Below are positions 20,401 through 30,390 of a DNA stretch of 60,660 nt, piece by piece. Source of the DNA: Thermodesulfobacteriota bacterium (GTDB taxonomy: Bacteria; Desulfobacterota_D; UBA1144); contig JAYYZJ010000001.1 in NCBI GenBank assembly GCA_036340075.1, positions 1 to 60,660 on the forward strand, given 5' to 3'. The notes under the pieces are model-generated. The model was not told the origin of the DNA, made no database searches, and saw only the letters and a list, made by a program, of their open reading frames with translations. A program made the position numbers and the translations under genes. Positions within the stretch are counted from its first letter, which is position 1. The number at the start of each line of letters is the position of its first letter.

Positions 20401-21038
20401 TGTTAAGCAAAGAATTATTATTAATAATTTTGCCAATTGTGCTTTTTTCGTTAAGCGTTCATGAATATAGTCATGGATATTCTGCCCTGCTATTAGGAGA
20501 TAAAACTGCACAAAGACAAGGACGATTGACTTTAAATCCTATAAAGCATCTTGACCTGATAGGGACACTTGCAATTTTATTTATAGGTATAGGTTGGGCT
20601 AAACCAGTTCCAGTAATGGTGGGGAATTTGATACGAGGAAGAAAAAGCCTTTGGATTGTTGCCATAGCCGGCCCTTTATCTAATTTTATCATAGCAATTT
20701 TCTTCTCAGTTGTCTTTAATCTGTTTGATATGTCTTCAGACCTTTCATTATTGAACAACACAATAGAATTATCGATTCCTTATTTTTTTCTAGCAATGAT
20801 TTTTCTTAATGTAGCTCTTGGAATTTTTAACCTACTGCCAATACCACCTTTAGATGGCGGCAATATTATATATAGCCTTCTGCCAGATAAATTAGCTGAT
20901 TATTATTCTAAATTCTCAGGTAGATTAATGCTTGTTTTTATAGTATTAATTTTTCTATTGGTTAAATCATTCCCTAGCATGGTACTTAGTCCAGTGATAA
21001 CAATAGTAAATTTTTTAATTAGTGATGTTATAAGGTAG
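20400..21038 (+). CDS. Site-2 protease family (M50) membrane metalloprotease
   Basis: HEYSH, GRLTLNP..H.D, GWAKPVPV, AGP.SN and FNLLPIPPLDG. Confidence 0.93.
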   Translation: MLSKELLLIILPIVLFSLSVHEYSHGYSALLLGDKTAQRQGRLTLNPIKHLDLIGTLAILFIGIGWAKPVPVMVGNLIRGRKSLWIVAIAGPLSNFIIAIFFSVVFNLFDMSSDLSLLNNTIELSIPYFFLAMIFLNVALGIFNLLPIPPLDGGNIIYSLLPDKLADYYSKFSGRLMLVFIVLIFLLVKSFPSMVLSPVITIVNFLISDVIR

Positions 21039-21042
21039 AAAA

Positions 21043-21786
21043 ATGGAAAACAATGTAGAAAACAATACTTCTTTTGAAAAAGTAAAATTAGATATTTTCG
21101 AAGGTCCCTTAGACTTATTGTTGAATCTTATTAAAGAAAATGATTTGGATATTTATGAACTTTCCTTAACTCAGGTTACACAACAATACTTAGAATATGT
21201 GGAATTACTAAAGAGGTTCGACTTTGACAATATAGGAGATTATATGGTGATAGCGGCTGAATTAGGTAGATTAAAATCTAGGTCACTTCTACCAAAGGAC
21301 GAAGAAGAAGAAGTTGTAGAAGGTGATACAGAAATAGATCTCGTTGAAATGTTGAGAGAATACAAGAAATACAGAAATCTTTCAGAAGAATTAAACAATA
21401 GACCTATTCTTGGCCGAGACACTTTTAAAAAGTCTTTTGATAGCACGTATAGAACAGAAACTGTTTGGGAGGTTCAGAAAACAGATGTTTGGAAACTAGT
21501 GGGAGCCTTAAAGAATCTATTAGCACTTGAAAGATATAAAGACCCTCCTGACATAGAGTTCAAAGAAGAAGTAATCAATAAATTCGAAAGAAGAAAAGAA
21601 ATTCAAATACAGTTCAACAATCAGGAAAGAATAAAATTTAAAGATTTTTTTCTAAATCTTTCAAAAGAAAATATCATTGTATCTTTTTTGATTTTGCTTG
21701 AACTTGTTAGAGAATCTTTAATCGATTTCTCTGGAACCAATGAAAATGACATAGAATTTTTTATAAAAGGAGAAACAAATGAGTGA
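21043..21786 (+). CDS. scpA: Segregation and condensation protein A
   Basis: FEGPLDLLL.LI, KSR.LLP and FL..LEL motifs. Confidence 0.93.
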   Translation: MENNVENNTSFEKVKLDIFEGPLDLLLNLIKENDLDIYELSLTQVTQQYLEYVELLKRFDFDNIGDYMVIAAELGRLKSRSLLPKDEEEEVVEGDTEIDLVEMLREYKKYRNLSEELNNRPILGRDTFKKSFDSTYRTETVWEVQKTDVWKLVGALKNLLALERYKDPPDIEFKEEVINKFERRKEIQIQFNNQERIKFKDFFLNLSKENIIVSFLILLELVRESLIDFSGTNENDIEFFIKGETNE

Positions 21787-22324
21787 CATTAAAAGAGAAA
21801 TAGAAGCATTAATTTTTATATCGGATACCCCTATAAGCATAAAAGAACTGTCATCTTTTTTGGATATTAGTAAAAATGAATGTATTAAAATTGTAAATGA
21901 ACTACAAAATGATTGGAAAGAAATGAATATTGCGATAGAACTAGAGAATGTCAGCGAAGGTTATCAGTTTAGAACAAAAGAAGAATTTAAAGATAAATTA
22001 ACTCTATTTATGAACAAGAAGCCCTTTAAGTTGAGCAGAGCAGCACTGGAAGTCTTAGGAATAGTTGCAAAGAAACAACCAGTAACAAAAATCGAAATAG
22101 ATAAAATTAGAGGTGTTGATTCAAGCGGTGTTGTAAGTGTATTAATAGATAGAGAGCTAATTAAAATTATTGGTGAAAAAGAAGTACCGGGAAGACCTTA
22201 TTTGTATTCTACAACGAATACATTCTTGGAAGTTTTTGGCTTGATGAATATAAACGAGCTTCCTGACCTAGAAGAATTTAATGATTATGACTCTATGCAA
22301 ACTGAGGACGATAAGTCTACTTAG
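21779..22324 (+). CDS. scpB: Segregation and condensation protein B
   Basis: IEALIF, GYQFRT, LSRAALE, IRGV and GRP.LY.TT..FL..FGL. Confidence 0.95.
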   Translation: MSDIKREIEALIFISDTPISIKELSSFLDISKNECIKIVNELQNDWKEMNIAIELENVSEGYQFRTKEEFKDKLTLFMNKKPFKLSRAALEVLGIVAKKQPVTKIEIDKIRGVDSSGVVSVLIDRELIKIIGEKEVPGRPYLYSTTNTFLEVFGLMNINELPDLEEFNDYDSMQTEDDKST

Positions 22325-22736
22325 TTTTCTCGAAAATTTTATTCTGTAGATTCAACATAACTTTTCTTTCTTCTAATGTTTGATGGTCATAGCCTAATAA
22401 GTGCAATAGACCATGAATCCCTAGCAAAGAACATTCATTTAGCAGGGTATTTTTTGTTTTTTTACAATTTTTCTCTGCATCCTTTATTGATATAAAAATC
22501 TCACCCATTAAGTACTTGTCGGGACCATTATGCAAAAAGCATAAAACATCAGTAGACTTGTTTATTTTTCTATATTTATAATTGATTTTTTTCATCATAT
22601 ACTGTGAAATAAAAGAAATATCTATGATTTTATTTTTAATCTTAAGATGATTCATTGATTTGAGAATCCTAGATTTAAAAATTGATTTATTTATTTTTTT
22701 AGTATAGAAATTAGAATCATAAATATTTAGAGGCAT
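22317..22736 (-). CDS. ybeY: rRNA maturation endoribonuclease YbeY
   Basis: N..YR....TDVL.F, GEIFIS and HGLLHLLGYDH. Start at ATG 22736; the longer track ORF runs antisense into der. Confidence 0.9.
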   Translation of the reverse strand: MPLNIYDSNFYTKKINKSIFKSRILKSMNHLKIKNKIIDISFISQYMMKKINYKYRKINKSTDVLCFLHNGPDKYLMGEIFISIKDAEKNCKKTKNTLLNECSLLGIHGLLHLLGYDHQTLEERKVMLNLQNKIFEKTK

Positions 22737-22743
22737 TATTGAG

Positions 22744-24063
22744 ATGATACCATTAATATCAATTGTTGGAAGACCGAATGTTGGCAAATCAACATTATTT
22801 AACAGACTTATTGGAAAAAGAAAATCAATAGTTTTTAGCGAACCTGGAGTAACAAGAGATTTGATCCAAGAAAGTTTTTCAATAGGTAGAAAAAAATATA
22901 ATTTAATAGATTCTGGTGGCTTTGACAACTTAAAGGATACCTACCCTATCTTAATTAAAAAAAATATTTTAAAAGCTATAAAAAGCTCTGATTTGTTAAT
23001 ATTTTTGTTAGACGGAGAAGCCGGTCTACAGAAAGAAGATAGGGAGATTTTAAAAATAATTAGAAAAGCAAAGAAGCAATTTATTGCAGTGATTAACAAA
23101 ATAGATGATAAAGGATCAAAAGATAATTTGTCTGATTTTTATAAACTGGGTATAAAAGATTTTGTCGAAATCTCTGCCGAACATAACAGGAATATATCAA
23201 AATTAATCGAAGAAATAGAAGAATTTTATATTAATTTGCCAGAAGTTGAAAATAGTTTAAATGAGAAAATCCCTAAAATTAGTATTGTTGGAAAACCAAA
23301 TGCTGGAAAATCTACTTTAATTAATTCTTTATCTAAACAGAATGTTTCTATAGTAAGCGAGCAACCTGGAACAACTCGAGATACTATAGACGTTACTATC
23401 AGTAACAAAAACAAAAAATACAGTTTTATTGATACTGCTGGATTAAGAAAAAAATCAAGAATTTCTGACAATGTTGAATATTATTCTACTAGCCGTGCTA
23501 TCAAGAGTATTGAAGAATCAAATATAGTCATCTTGATAATTGACTCTCAATATGGACCAACTAGTCAAGATTCAAAAATATGCTCATTAATTAAAAAAAA
23601 TAACAAAGGTCTTATAATTGCTATTAATAAATCTGATCTGATACCAAGTGAAATCAAAGATGAAAAAGTAATTTCTGAAGCTATTTTGAAGAAACTAACA
23701 GAAGTTAATTATGCTCATACAATTTTAATTTCGGCATTAAATTCTAAAAATGTTAACAAGATATATACTCTAATAGACGAAATCAATGATAGTTTAAATA
23801 AAAAAGTAAACACTAATAAACTAAATAAATATTTAAAGAGTTTAATTGATAAGTCAACTGCTCCAGTAAATAGAGGTAGGAGACTTAAATTTTACTATGC
23901 AACACAAACAAATTCTGACACTCCTTCCTTTGTATTGTTTTCAAATTTTGCAAAGAAAATACCTAATACATACAGAAGGTTCATAGAAAGGGCTATTAGA
24001 AATGAGTTTTCTTTTAAAGGAACTAGTATCAAGATTAGCTTTAGAACCTCAAGGTCAGAGTGA
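22744..24063 (+). CDS. der: Ribosome biogenesis GTPase Der (EngA)
   Basis: Two G domains (GRPNVGKS..GVTRD and GKPNAGKS..GTTRD..DTAG) plus a KH-like tail. Confidence 0.97.
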   Translation: MIPLISIVGRPNVGKSTLFNRLIGKRKSIVFSEPGVTRDLIQESFSIGRKKYNLIDSGGFDNLKDTYPILIKKNILKAIKSSDLLIFLLDGEAGLQKEDREILKIIRKAKKQFIAVINKIDDKGSKDNLSDFYKLGIKDFVEISAEHNRNISKLIEEIEEFYINLPEVENSLNEKIPKISIVGKPNAGKSTLINSLSKQNVSIVSEQPGTTRDTIDVTISNKNKKYSFIDTAGLRKKSRISDNVEYYSTSRAIKSIEESNIVILIIDSQYGPTSQDSKICSLIKKNNKGLIIAINKSDLIPSEIKDEKVISEAILKKLTEVNYAHTILISALNSKNVNKIYTLIDEINDSLNKKVNTNKLNKYLKSLIDKSTAPVNRGRRLKFYYATQTNSDTPSFVLFSNFAKKIPNTYRRFIERAIRNEFSFKGTSIKISFRTSRSE

Positions 24064-25239
24064 AGTAATTTGCTCAACTATTTTTGCTGCAATAACTCTT
24101 GAATCATAAGAATTAACAGCTTTTTTTCTAGCCTCAAAACTCATTTTTAACCTTAGTTCTTCATTTTCAATTAAATTTAAAATTTTATCAACAACAGTCT
24201 TATCTTTGAGTGGCAATGAGTAACCTGTTAGTTTGTTATCAATTGCTTCTCCAATACCACCAATGTCGTATCCTACAATAGGTTTTCCTAATGACATTGA
24301 TTCTATCACGACCCTCGGAAAAGGGTCTTCGTATTTTGAGGGGATAAAAAATAGATCAAATTCAGATATATATGATTCAACTTTATCTTTATAACCAGTG
24401 AATATAAATTTTGATTCTAATTCTTCTTTAGTTACCATGTCTTTCAATTCTTTCATTGAATTTTGACTAAAGTAAAATGGAGTATCACCGACTAATACAA
24501 AAATACAGTTCTTTTTATGATTTTTAAGGATTTCAATTCCAACTTCTATAAAATGTTTAAAGTTTTTTCTTGGAACAATACGTCCCGCGGTTCCAATAAT
24601 TATTTTGTCTTCAGGTATTTCGTATTCAGATTTTAAGAGTTTATCAACTGTGGACATATTATACTCTTCCGTATCAATACCATTATTTATAACAATTATT
24701 TTTTTATGATCTTGAAATTGTTTTCTAGTGGCATTAGAAACACAAATTATCTTATTTACTGATTTAAAGTTTGAGAATTTATTTAATAAATATTTAAGAA
24801 TAAAAGTTGTTTGTATATTTCTTACATGCCAAATAACCTTTAAAGAGTAAAAGGATCCAACTATAGCACCAAAGAATTTAGCCAATGTTCCATTACAATA
24901 AATAACTTCGATATTATTTTTTTTTAATATGGGTTTTAATTTAAACAATAAGAATATTAGTCTAATGATATTGATTAATACATCTATAGGCAATATTCCT
25001 ATTTTTTTATTGTTTATAGTTAAATTTTGTCTTTTTAAATTTTCAGGAAAATTACTATTAATGATTTGATTTACATTTAGACCACTATCTTTAATTTTCT
25101 TTGAAAAGATATCTTTCCCTGGAAGCAAAGTGTGGACATCAAATTTTTCATAATCGAAATGCTTCAAAAGATAAAAGAGACTTCTACCTGGTCCACCATC
25201 TCTTATGGAATGGTTAATAAAAAGTATATTTTTCTTCAT
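24055..25239 (-). CDS. Glycosyltransferase family 4
   Basis: GG..RSL, WHVR, I.NGID, GRI...K and PS..EDPFPRVVIE.M..GKP motifs. Confidence 0.9.
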   Translation of the reverse strand: MKKNILFINHSIRDGGPGRSLFYLLKHFDYEKFDVHTLLPGKDIFSKKIKDSGLNVNQIINSNFPENLKRQNLTINNKKIGILPIDVLINIIRLIFLLFKLKPILKKNNIEVIYCNGTLAKFFGAIVGSFYSLKVIWHVRNIQTTFILKYLLNKFSNFKSVNKIICVSNATRKQFQDHKKIIVINNGIDTEEYNMSTVDKLLKSEYEIPEDKIIIGTAGRIVPRKNFKHFIEVGIEILKNHKKNCIFVLVGDTPFYFSQNSMKELKDMVTKEELESKFIFTGYKDKVESYISEFDLFFIPSKYEDPFPRVVIESMSLGKPIVGYDIGGIGEAIDNKLTGYSLPLKDKTVVDKILNLIENEELRLKMSFEARKKAVNSYDSRVIAAKIVEQITSL

Positions 25240-25330
25240 TATTAATGATTTATAACATATAATATTTTTAAATTATCTCAACTTGAGAATTATCTTAATT
25301 ATAAGAAAATAACAGGTATTATTTTTTGCT

Positions 25331-26236
25331 ATGAAAGAAGCTAAATGGATATGGAATAACAATAAATTTGTACTTTGGAAAAATGCGACTACTCATGTTA
25401 TGAGTCATGGTCTTCATTACGGTACAGGGGTTTTTGAAGGGATAAGGGCTTACAATGGTTCAATTTTTAGGATGGAGGACCATTATAAGAGATTTTTTAA
25501 TTCTTCAAAGGTTGCGGGTATCAAAATTCCATTTTCACGAAATAAATTAGAGTCCTGTACGTCTCAATTGCTACTTAAAAATAAATTAAAAGATTGTTAT
25601 ATAAGGCCTTTGGCTTTTGTAGGAGATGGATCAATTGGTATTAATCCGGCTTCAAACAAAATTAATGTTATTATTGCTGCATTTGAATGGGGAACGTATT
25701 TAGGTGAAAAAGCGATGTCCAAAGGAATTAAGATGAAAATCTCATCCTTCAAAAGAATGAGTGTTAATTCTTTTATGACTAAATCTAAAATTTGTGGAAA
25801 TTACATAAATTCTGTTCTTGCAAAAAAAGAAGCACTAGATCAAGGATACGACGAAGCTCTATTGCTAGATGATAATGGTTACGTTTCTGAAGGAACAGGT
25901 GAAAATATTTTTATTATAAAAAATGGAAAAATTAAGACCACACCTGTCACATCAATACTAGAAGGAATAACAAGAGATTGTGTCTTTAGAATTGCTGAAG
26001 ATAACAATATTTCTATAAAAGAAAGTAAGTTTACTAGAGATGAATTGTACATTGCTGATGAAATATTTCTTTCTGGAACTGCTGCCGAAATTACTCCGGT
26101 CAGAGAAGTTGATAATAGGAAAATAGGAACAGGTAAACCTGGCCCAATCACTAAGTTGATACAAAAAGAATATTCGAATATAGTCTTAGGAAAAAATCCA
26201 AATTATAATAATTGGCTTCACCCTATTTCTAATTAA
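25331..26236 (+). CDS. ilvE: Branched-chain amino acid aminotransferase
   Basis: LHYGTGVFEGIR, YIRP, K..GNY.NS, EGTGEN, LEGITR and GTAAEITP. Confidence 0.96.
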   Translation: MKEAKWIWNNNKFVLWKNATTHVMSHGLHYGTGVFEGIRAYNGSIFRMEDHYKRFFNSSKVAGIKIPFSRNKLESCTSQLLLKNKLKDCYIRPLAFVGDGSIGINPASNKINVIIAAFEWGTYLGEKAMSKGIKMKISSFKRMSVNSFMTKSKICGNYINSVLAKKEALDQGYDEALLLDDNGYVSEGTGENIFIIKNGKIKTTPVTSILEGITRDCVFRIAEDNNISIKESKFTRDELYIADEIFLSGTAAEITPVREVDNRKIGTGKPGPITKLIQKEYSNIVLGKNPNYNNWLHPISN

Positions 26237-27714
26237 ACTTTAAGATAATTCAAAAGAGTCCTAACGCCATAACCTGTTGCACCAGGAGCTGTCCAGTTTC
26301 TTTTTCTCTCAATATATGCAGGTCCAGCAATGTCCAAGTGTGACCATGGTATATCTTTAACAAAAAATTGTATAAACATAGCTGCTGTTATCGCTCCACC
26401 GTAGCGAGTAGATCCTGCATTTTTAATATCCGCTATGTTGCTATCTATTTCTGTTCTTAGTTCTTCGTCTAAAGGTAATTGCCAAAGTTTTTCGCCAGCT
26501 TCTTTAGATGATCTCAATAAAGCTTCAGTCAGTTTATTATCATTTGAAAACAAACCAGCAGTATAATTTCCTAAGGCAATCATGCAAGCTCCGGTTAAAG
26601 TTGCAAGATCAATCATCTGATCAACTTTTAATCTATTCGCATATTCAATAGCATCAGATAGTATAACTCTGCCTTCGGCATCAGTATTTATAACTTCTAT
26701 CGTTTTACCACTAAGTCCCTTTACGATATCGTCAGGTTTGTAGGCATTTGGCCCTGGCATGTTCTCTACCGATGGAATTAGTCCATGAACTTCAAGATTT
26801 TTTGGTTGTAATCTTCCCAAAGCTTCAAAGACCCCAAGGACACACCCTGCTCCAGCCATATCCATTTTCATTGTGACCATATAGTCTGCTGGCTTCAATG
26901 ATAAACCACCGCTGTCATATGTTACCCCCTTGCCTATAAGTGCTATTTTCTTTGACGATTTAGAAAAAGTTTTGGATTTGTATTTAAGATGAATAAACCT
27001 TGGAAGATTACTACTACCTTTGCCAACATCCCAAAGTCCAAGCATTTTTCTTTTTAATATCTCTTTTTTATCATAGACTTTGCAAGTTATGTTAGAAAAT
27101 TTTCCTATATTTTTTGCAACATTAGCTAAAGCCTCTGGCGTTAATATCAATGGTTGTTCATTAACTAAATCTTTAGTTAGATTAACACCTTGAAATTTTT
27201 CTAATGATTTTTTAATAATCTTATTAAATAAAGATTTGCCAACTTTGTTCAAAACTAAATTTATAGTTTTATCAGCTATATTTGACTTTTTGCTTTTATA
27301 TTTATCAAAAACATAATGTCCATTGTTTATACCATCTAAAGATGTTTCAATGAATTTCTTGCTGAAGTTATCAGGGTAAATTATCGTTATTGCTTCATCC
27401 GTGTATTTCTTTTGTGTTTCATTATAAGTTATAGAAGAAAAAGCTTTGAAAACTTTTTCGTAATCAAGGTCTTTTCTTTTTCCTAGACCAATAAAAACAA
27501 TATCAATATCATTATCTTTTCCTGCTGCGAGGATAGTAAGTTTTTCCATAAAAGTACCTTCAAATCCATAAGAAGAAACTTTGTTTGATATTTTAAAACC
27601 AACAAAACTATATGATTTATCGAAAGATTTACTATTTAATGATTCTGAAAAACATGGAACAAAGATAGTCTTTGTTTCTTTTGGGTCTTTTAATAAATAA
27701 TATTTTAATGACAT
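26233..27714 (-). CDS. pepA: Leucyl aminopeptidase (M17)
   Basis: GKGVTYDSGG, MKMDMAGA, NTDAEGR, DLATLTGA and HLDIAG. Start at ATG 27714. Confidence 0.95.
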   Translation of the reverse strand: MSLKYYLLKDPKETKTIFVPCFSESLNSKSFDKSYSFVGFKISNKVSSYGFEGTFMEKLTILAAGKDNDIDIVFIGLGKRKDLDYEKVFKAFSSITYNETQKKYTDEAITIIYPDNFSKKFIETSLDGINNGHYVFDKYKSKKSNIADKTINLVLNKVGKSLFNKIIKKSLEKFQGVNLTKDLVNEQPLILTPEALANVAKNIGKFSNITCKVYDKKEILKRKMLGLWDVGKGSSNLPRFIHLKYKSKTFSKSSKKIALIGKGVTYDSGGLSLKPADYMVTMKMDMAGAGCVLGVFEALGRLQPKNLEVHGLIPSVENMPGPNAYKPDDIVKGLSGKTIEVINTDAEGRVILSDAIEYANRLKVDQMIDLATLTGACMIALGNYTAGLFSNDNKLTEALLRSSKEAGEKLWQLPLDEELRTEIDSNIADIKNAGSTRYGGAITAAMFIQFFVKDIPWSHLDIAGPAYIERKRNWTAPGATGYGVRTLLNYLKV

Positions 27715-27760
27715 GTTTTTTATTATAACTAATGTTGAATAAACTGTATAATTAAGTTTT

Positions 27761-28444
27761 ATGGAATTTCTTTTAGCCTTTTCTGCTGGTCTTATGTCTT
27801 TTTTTTCACCTTGCATTCTTCCTTTGTTCCCTGTTTATTTGACTACTATTTCTTCTAGTTCTCTAGAAAAACAATATCCTGCCTTAATCAATACGTTAAT
27901 TTTTGTTTTCTCATTTTGTTTAATTTTTGTTTTATTAGGATTAAGCGCAACAAGCTTAGGAATCTTTCTAAATATAAATAAGATTTTTTTAATTAAAGCA
28001 GCTGGTATTTTGATAATACTTTTTGGAATTTTTAACTTAGAAATTATAAAACTAAATTCATTATATAAAACTTTTCAACCAAATTTTTACTCTTCTAATA
28101 TATACTTAAAACCCATAATACTAGGTTTGTCATTTGGCATTGCATGGACTCCATGTGTTGGACCAATTTTGGCTTCAATAATAACCTACTCTTCTATAGA
28201 AAAAAATTATGAATATTCATTTTTTGTATTATCTTTTTATTCTCTTGGTCTCGGCCTACCTTTTGTGATAGGCACTTTAGGTTACGACAGAATCATCTCC
28301 TCTATCAAGAAATATACTATTTTTGGAAGGTATTTTAATAAAATCAGCGGAACAATTCTTATTATATTTGGCCTATTGGTTTATTTTAATAAGATATATC
28401 TATTAACAGTATATATTCAAAAAATTTTAAATATATTTAATTAA
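27761..28444 (+). CDS. ccdA: Cytochrome c biogenesis protein CcdA
   Basis: AG..SFFSPCILPL.P.Y, WTPCVGPIL and YSLGLG.PF. Confidence 0.92.
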   Translation: MEFLLAFSAGLMSFFSPCILPLFPVYLTTISSSSLEKQYPALINTLIFVFSFCLIFVLLGLSATSLGIFLNINKIFLIKAAGILIILFGIFNLEIIKLNSLYKTFQPNFYSSNIYLKPIILGLSFGIAWTPCVGPILASIITYSSIEKNYEYSFFVLSFYSLGLGLPFVIGTLGYDRIISSIKKYTIFGRYFNKISGTILIIFGLLVYFNKIYLLTVYIQKILNIFN

Positions 28445-28563
28445 TAAATTTTCATCTACTATTTTTTGATCTTTACAGGTATTATTAAGAAGTTGGAATT
28501 TATGATTTTCCAAACAATATAGATATATTTTGTTTAATTACTATTACTGAACGGGGGTAATTT

Positions 28564-29859
28564 ATGAGTAATGATTCAGACAAACGTACACAAGCTTTAG
28601 AGTACCATTCAAAAGAACCCAAAGGAAAGATTGAAATTAAAGTTACTAAACCAGCCGAAACTCAAGATGAGCTTTCACTTGCTTATTCACCATGGGTAGC
28701 AGAGCCATGTAAAGAAATAGATAATGACGTACAGAAAGTTTACGACTATACAAATAAAGGTAACCTAGTTGCAGTCGTTTCTAACGGTACAGCAATTCTA
28801 GGCTTAGGTGCGTTAGGACCAGAAGCAAGTAAACCTGTAATGGAAGGAAAAGCTGTTCTGTTTAAAAGGTTTGCACAAGTTGATGCATTTGATATAGAAA
28901 TAAAGAGCACTGATATTGATGACATAATTAGGACAGTTGAAGATTTAGAACCAACATTTGGTGGAATTAATCTTGAAGACATAAAAGCTCCTGAATGCTT
29001 TGCCGTTGAGGAAGAACTTAAAAAAAGAATGAACATTCCTGTGTTTCATGATGATCAACACGGAACAGCAATTATTTCTGCTGCGGGTTTAATCAATGCG
29101 GTGGAATTAACAAACAGAAAAATGTCAGATATCAAAATAGCAATTAATGGTGCTGGAGCATCTGCCATTTCTTGCGCTAGATTGTTTGTAATGTTTGGAG
29201 CAGATCCAAACAATATTCTTATGTGTGATAGTAAAGGTGTTATCTACAAAGGACGTGAAGGTTTAAACAAACAAAAAGAAGAGTTTGCTGTTGAAACTGA
29301 CTGTAGAACACTAGAAGACACGTTAGTAGGTGCTGATGTCTTTATAGGACTATCAATTGGAAATGTTGTTTCAAAGGAAATGGTATTGACTATGGCAGAT
29401 AATCCTATAATTTTTGCAATGGCTAATCCAGATCCTGAAATATCACCTAAAGATGCATTTGAAGCTAGACAAGACATAATTATGGCTACAGGACGTACAG
29501 ATTATCCAAATCAAGTAAATAATGTGTTGGGGTTCCCTTTCATTTTTAGAGGAGCTTTAGATGTAGCTGCTACTAATATTAATGAAGAAATGAAAGTAGC
29601 CGCAGCTCAGTCCTTATCTAAATTAGCTAAGCTAGGTGCAGGACCTGAAATTGCAGCAAGACATAACAGAAAAGAGCTAGTATATGGAAAAGAATACATA
29701 GTTCCATCTCCTTTTGATCCAAGGGTCTTAGTTTGGGAATCATATGCGGTAGCAAAGTCTGCTATTGACACTGGTGTTGCTAGACTAAAGATTGATTTAG
29801 ATGAATACAAGAAGAAATTGGAAAAGATGGCAGGTGTTGAACCACAGAATTTTGATTAA
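28564..29859 (+). CDS. maeB: Malic enzyme, MaeB-type, without the phosphotransacetylase domain
   Basis: ALEYH...GKIE, LSLAYSP, KPVMEGK, NLEDI, FHDDQHGTA, GAGASA and QVNNVLGFP; ends at 431 aa. Confidence 0.85.
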   Translation: MSNDSDKRTQALEYHSKEPKGKIEIKVTKPAETQDELSLAYSPWVAEPCKEIDNDVQKVYDYTNKGNLVAVVSNGTAILGLGALGPEASKPVMEGKAVLFKRFAQVDAFDIEIKSTDIDDIIRTVEDLEPTFGGINLEDIKAPECFAVEEELKKRMNIPVFHDDQHGTAIISAAGLINAVELTNRKMSDIKIAINGAGASAISCARLFVMFGADPNNILMCDSKGVIYKGREGLNKQKEEFAVETDCRTLEDTLVGADVFIGLSIGNVVSKEMVLTMADNPIIFAMANPDPEISPKDAFEARQDIIMATGRTDYPNQVNNVLGFPFIFRGALDVAATNINEEMKVAAAQSLSKLAKLGAGPEIAARHNRKELVYGKEYIVPSPFDPRVLVWESYAVAKSAIDTGVARLKIDLDEYKKKLEKMAGVEPQNFD

Positions 29860-30390
29860 ATGAAATTATTTCGTTTCATTATTCTAATACCATTAGTTTT
29901 ATTTTCAGCTATCAATGTTAACGCTGATTCAAGCTCTGATTCACGATTGATTAAAATCGAGAAAAAACTACAGTTAGATTATGAATTACCTTATTTATCA
30001 ATCAATGATGTTAACAATAAATATTTATTAAAAGAATTAAACGAAATGACTATAATTAATTTTTGGTCTTCCTGGTGTGGCCCGTGTGTAGACGAAGTTA
30101 AACATTTAAATAAATTTCAGAAGTTAATTGAAGACAATAATCTGAATATAAAAATAATAGCTATTAATATATTTGATGATTTAACTAGTGCAAAAGATTT
30201 TGTAATCAAATATAAACCAAACTTTCTATTATTGTTTGATGACTCAAAAATGATTCCAATCGATTTTGCTGTATCTGGTGTACCAGAAACTTATTTTATT
30301 AAGGAGAACTCAATTAAATTTAAATATGTAGGTAAAATTACAAATGAGAAGTTAATTGAAGGATATGAGAAACTTAAATCTATTAAATAG
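29860..30390 (+). CDS. TlpA/CcmG-like thiol:disulfide oxidoreductase
   Basis: Signal peptide, INFWSSWCGPC and GVPETYFI. Confidence 0.9.
   Translation: MKLFRFIILIPLVLFSAINVNADSSSDSRLIKIEKKLQLDYELPYLSINDVNNKYLLKELNEMTIINFWSSWCGPCVDEVKHLNKFQKLIEDNNLNIKIIAINIFDDLTSAKDFVIKYKPNFLLLFDDSKMIPIDFAVSGVPETYFIKENSIKFKYVGKITNEKLIEGYEKLKSIK

Noticed and set aside
22737..22928. Long N-terminal extensions in the ORF track (ybeY; likewise pepA, rpsL, rpsD, rplE, rpoZ, fmdB and the 707 ORF)
   Set aside because: They come from upstream in-frame starts overlapping neighbouring genes; the family N-termini and start signals fit the downstream starts.
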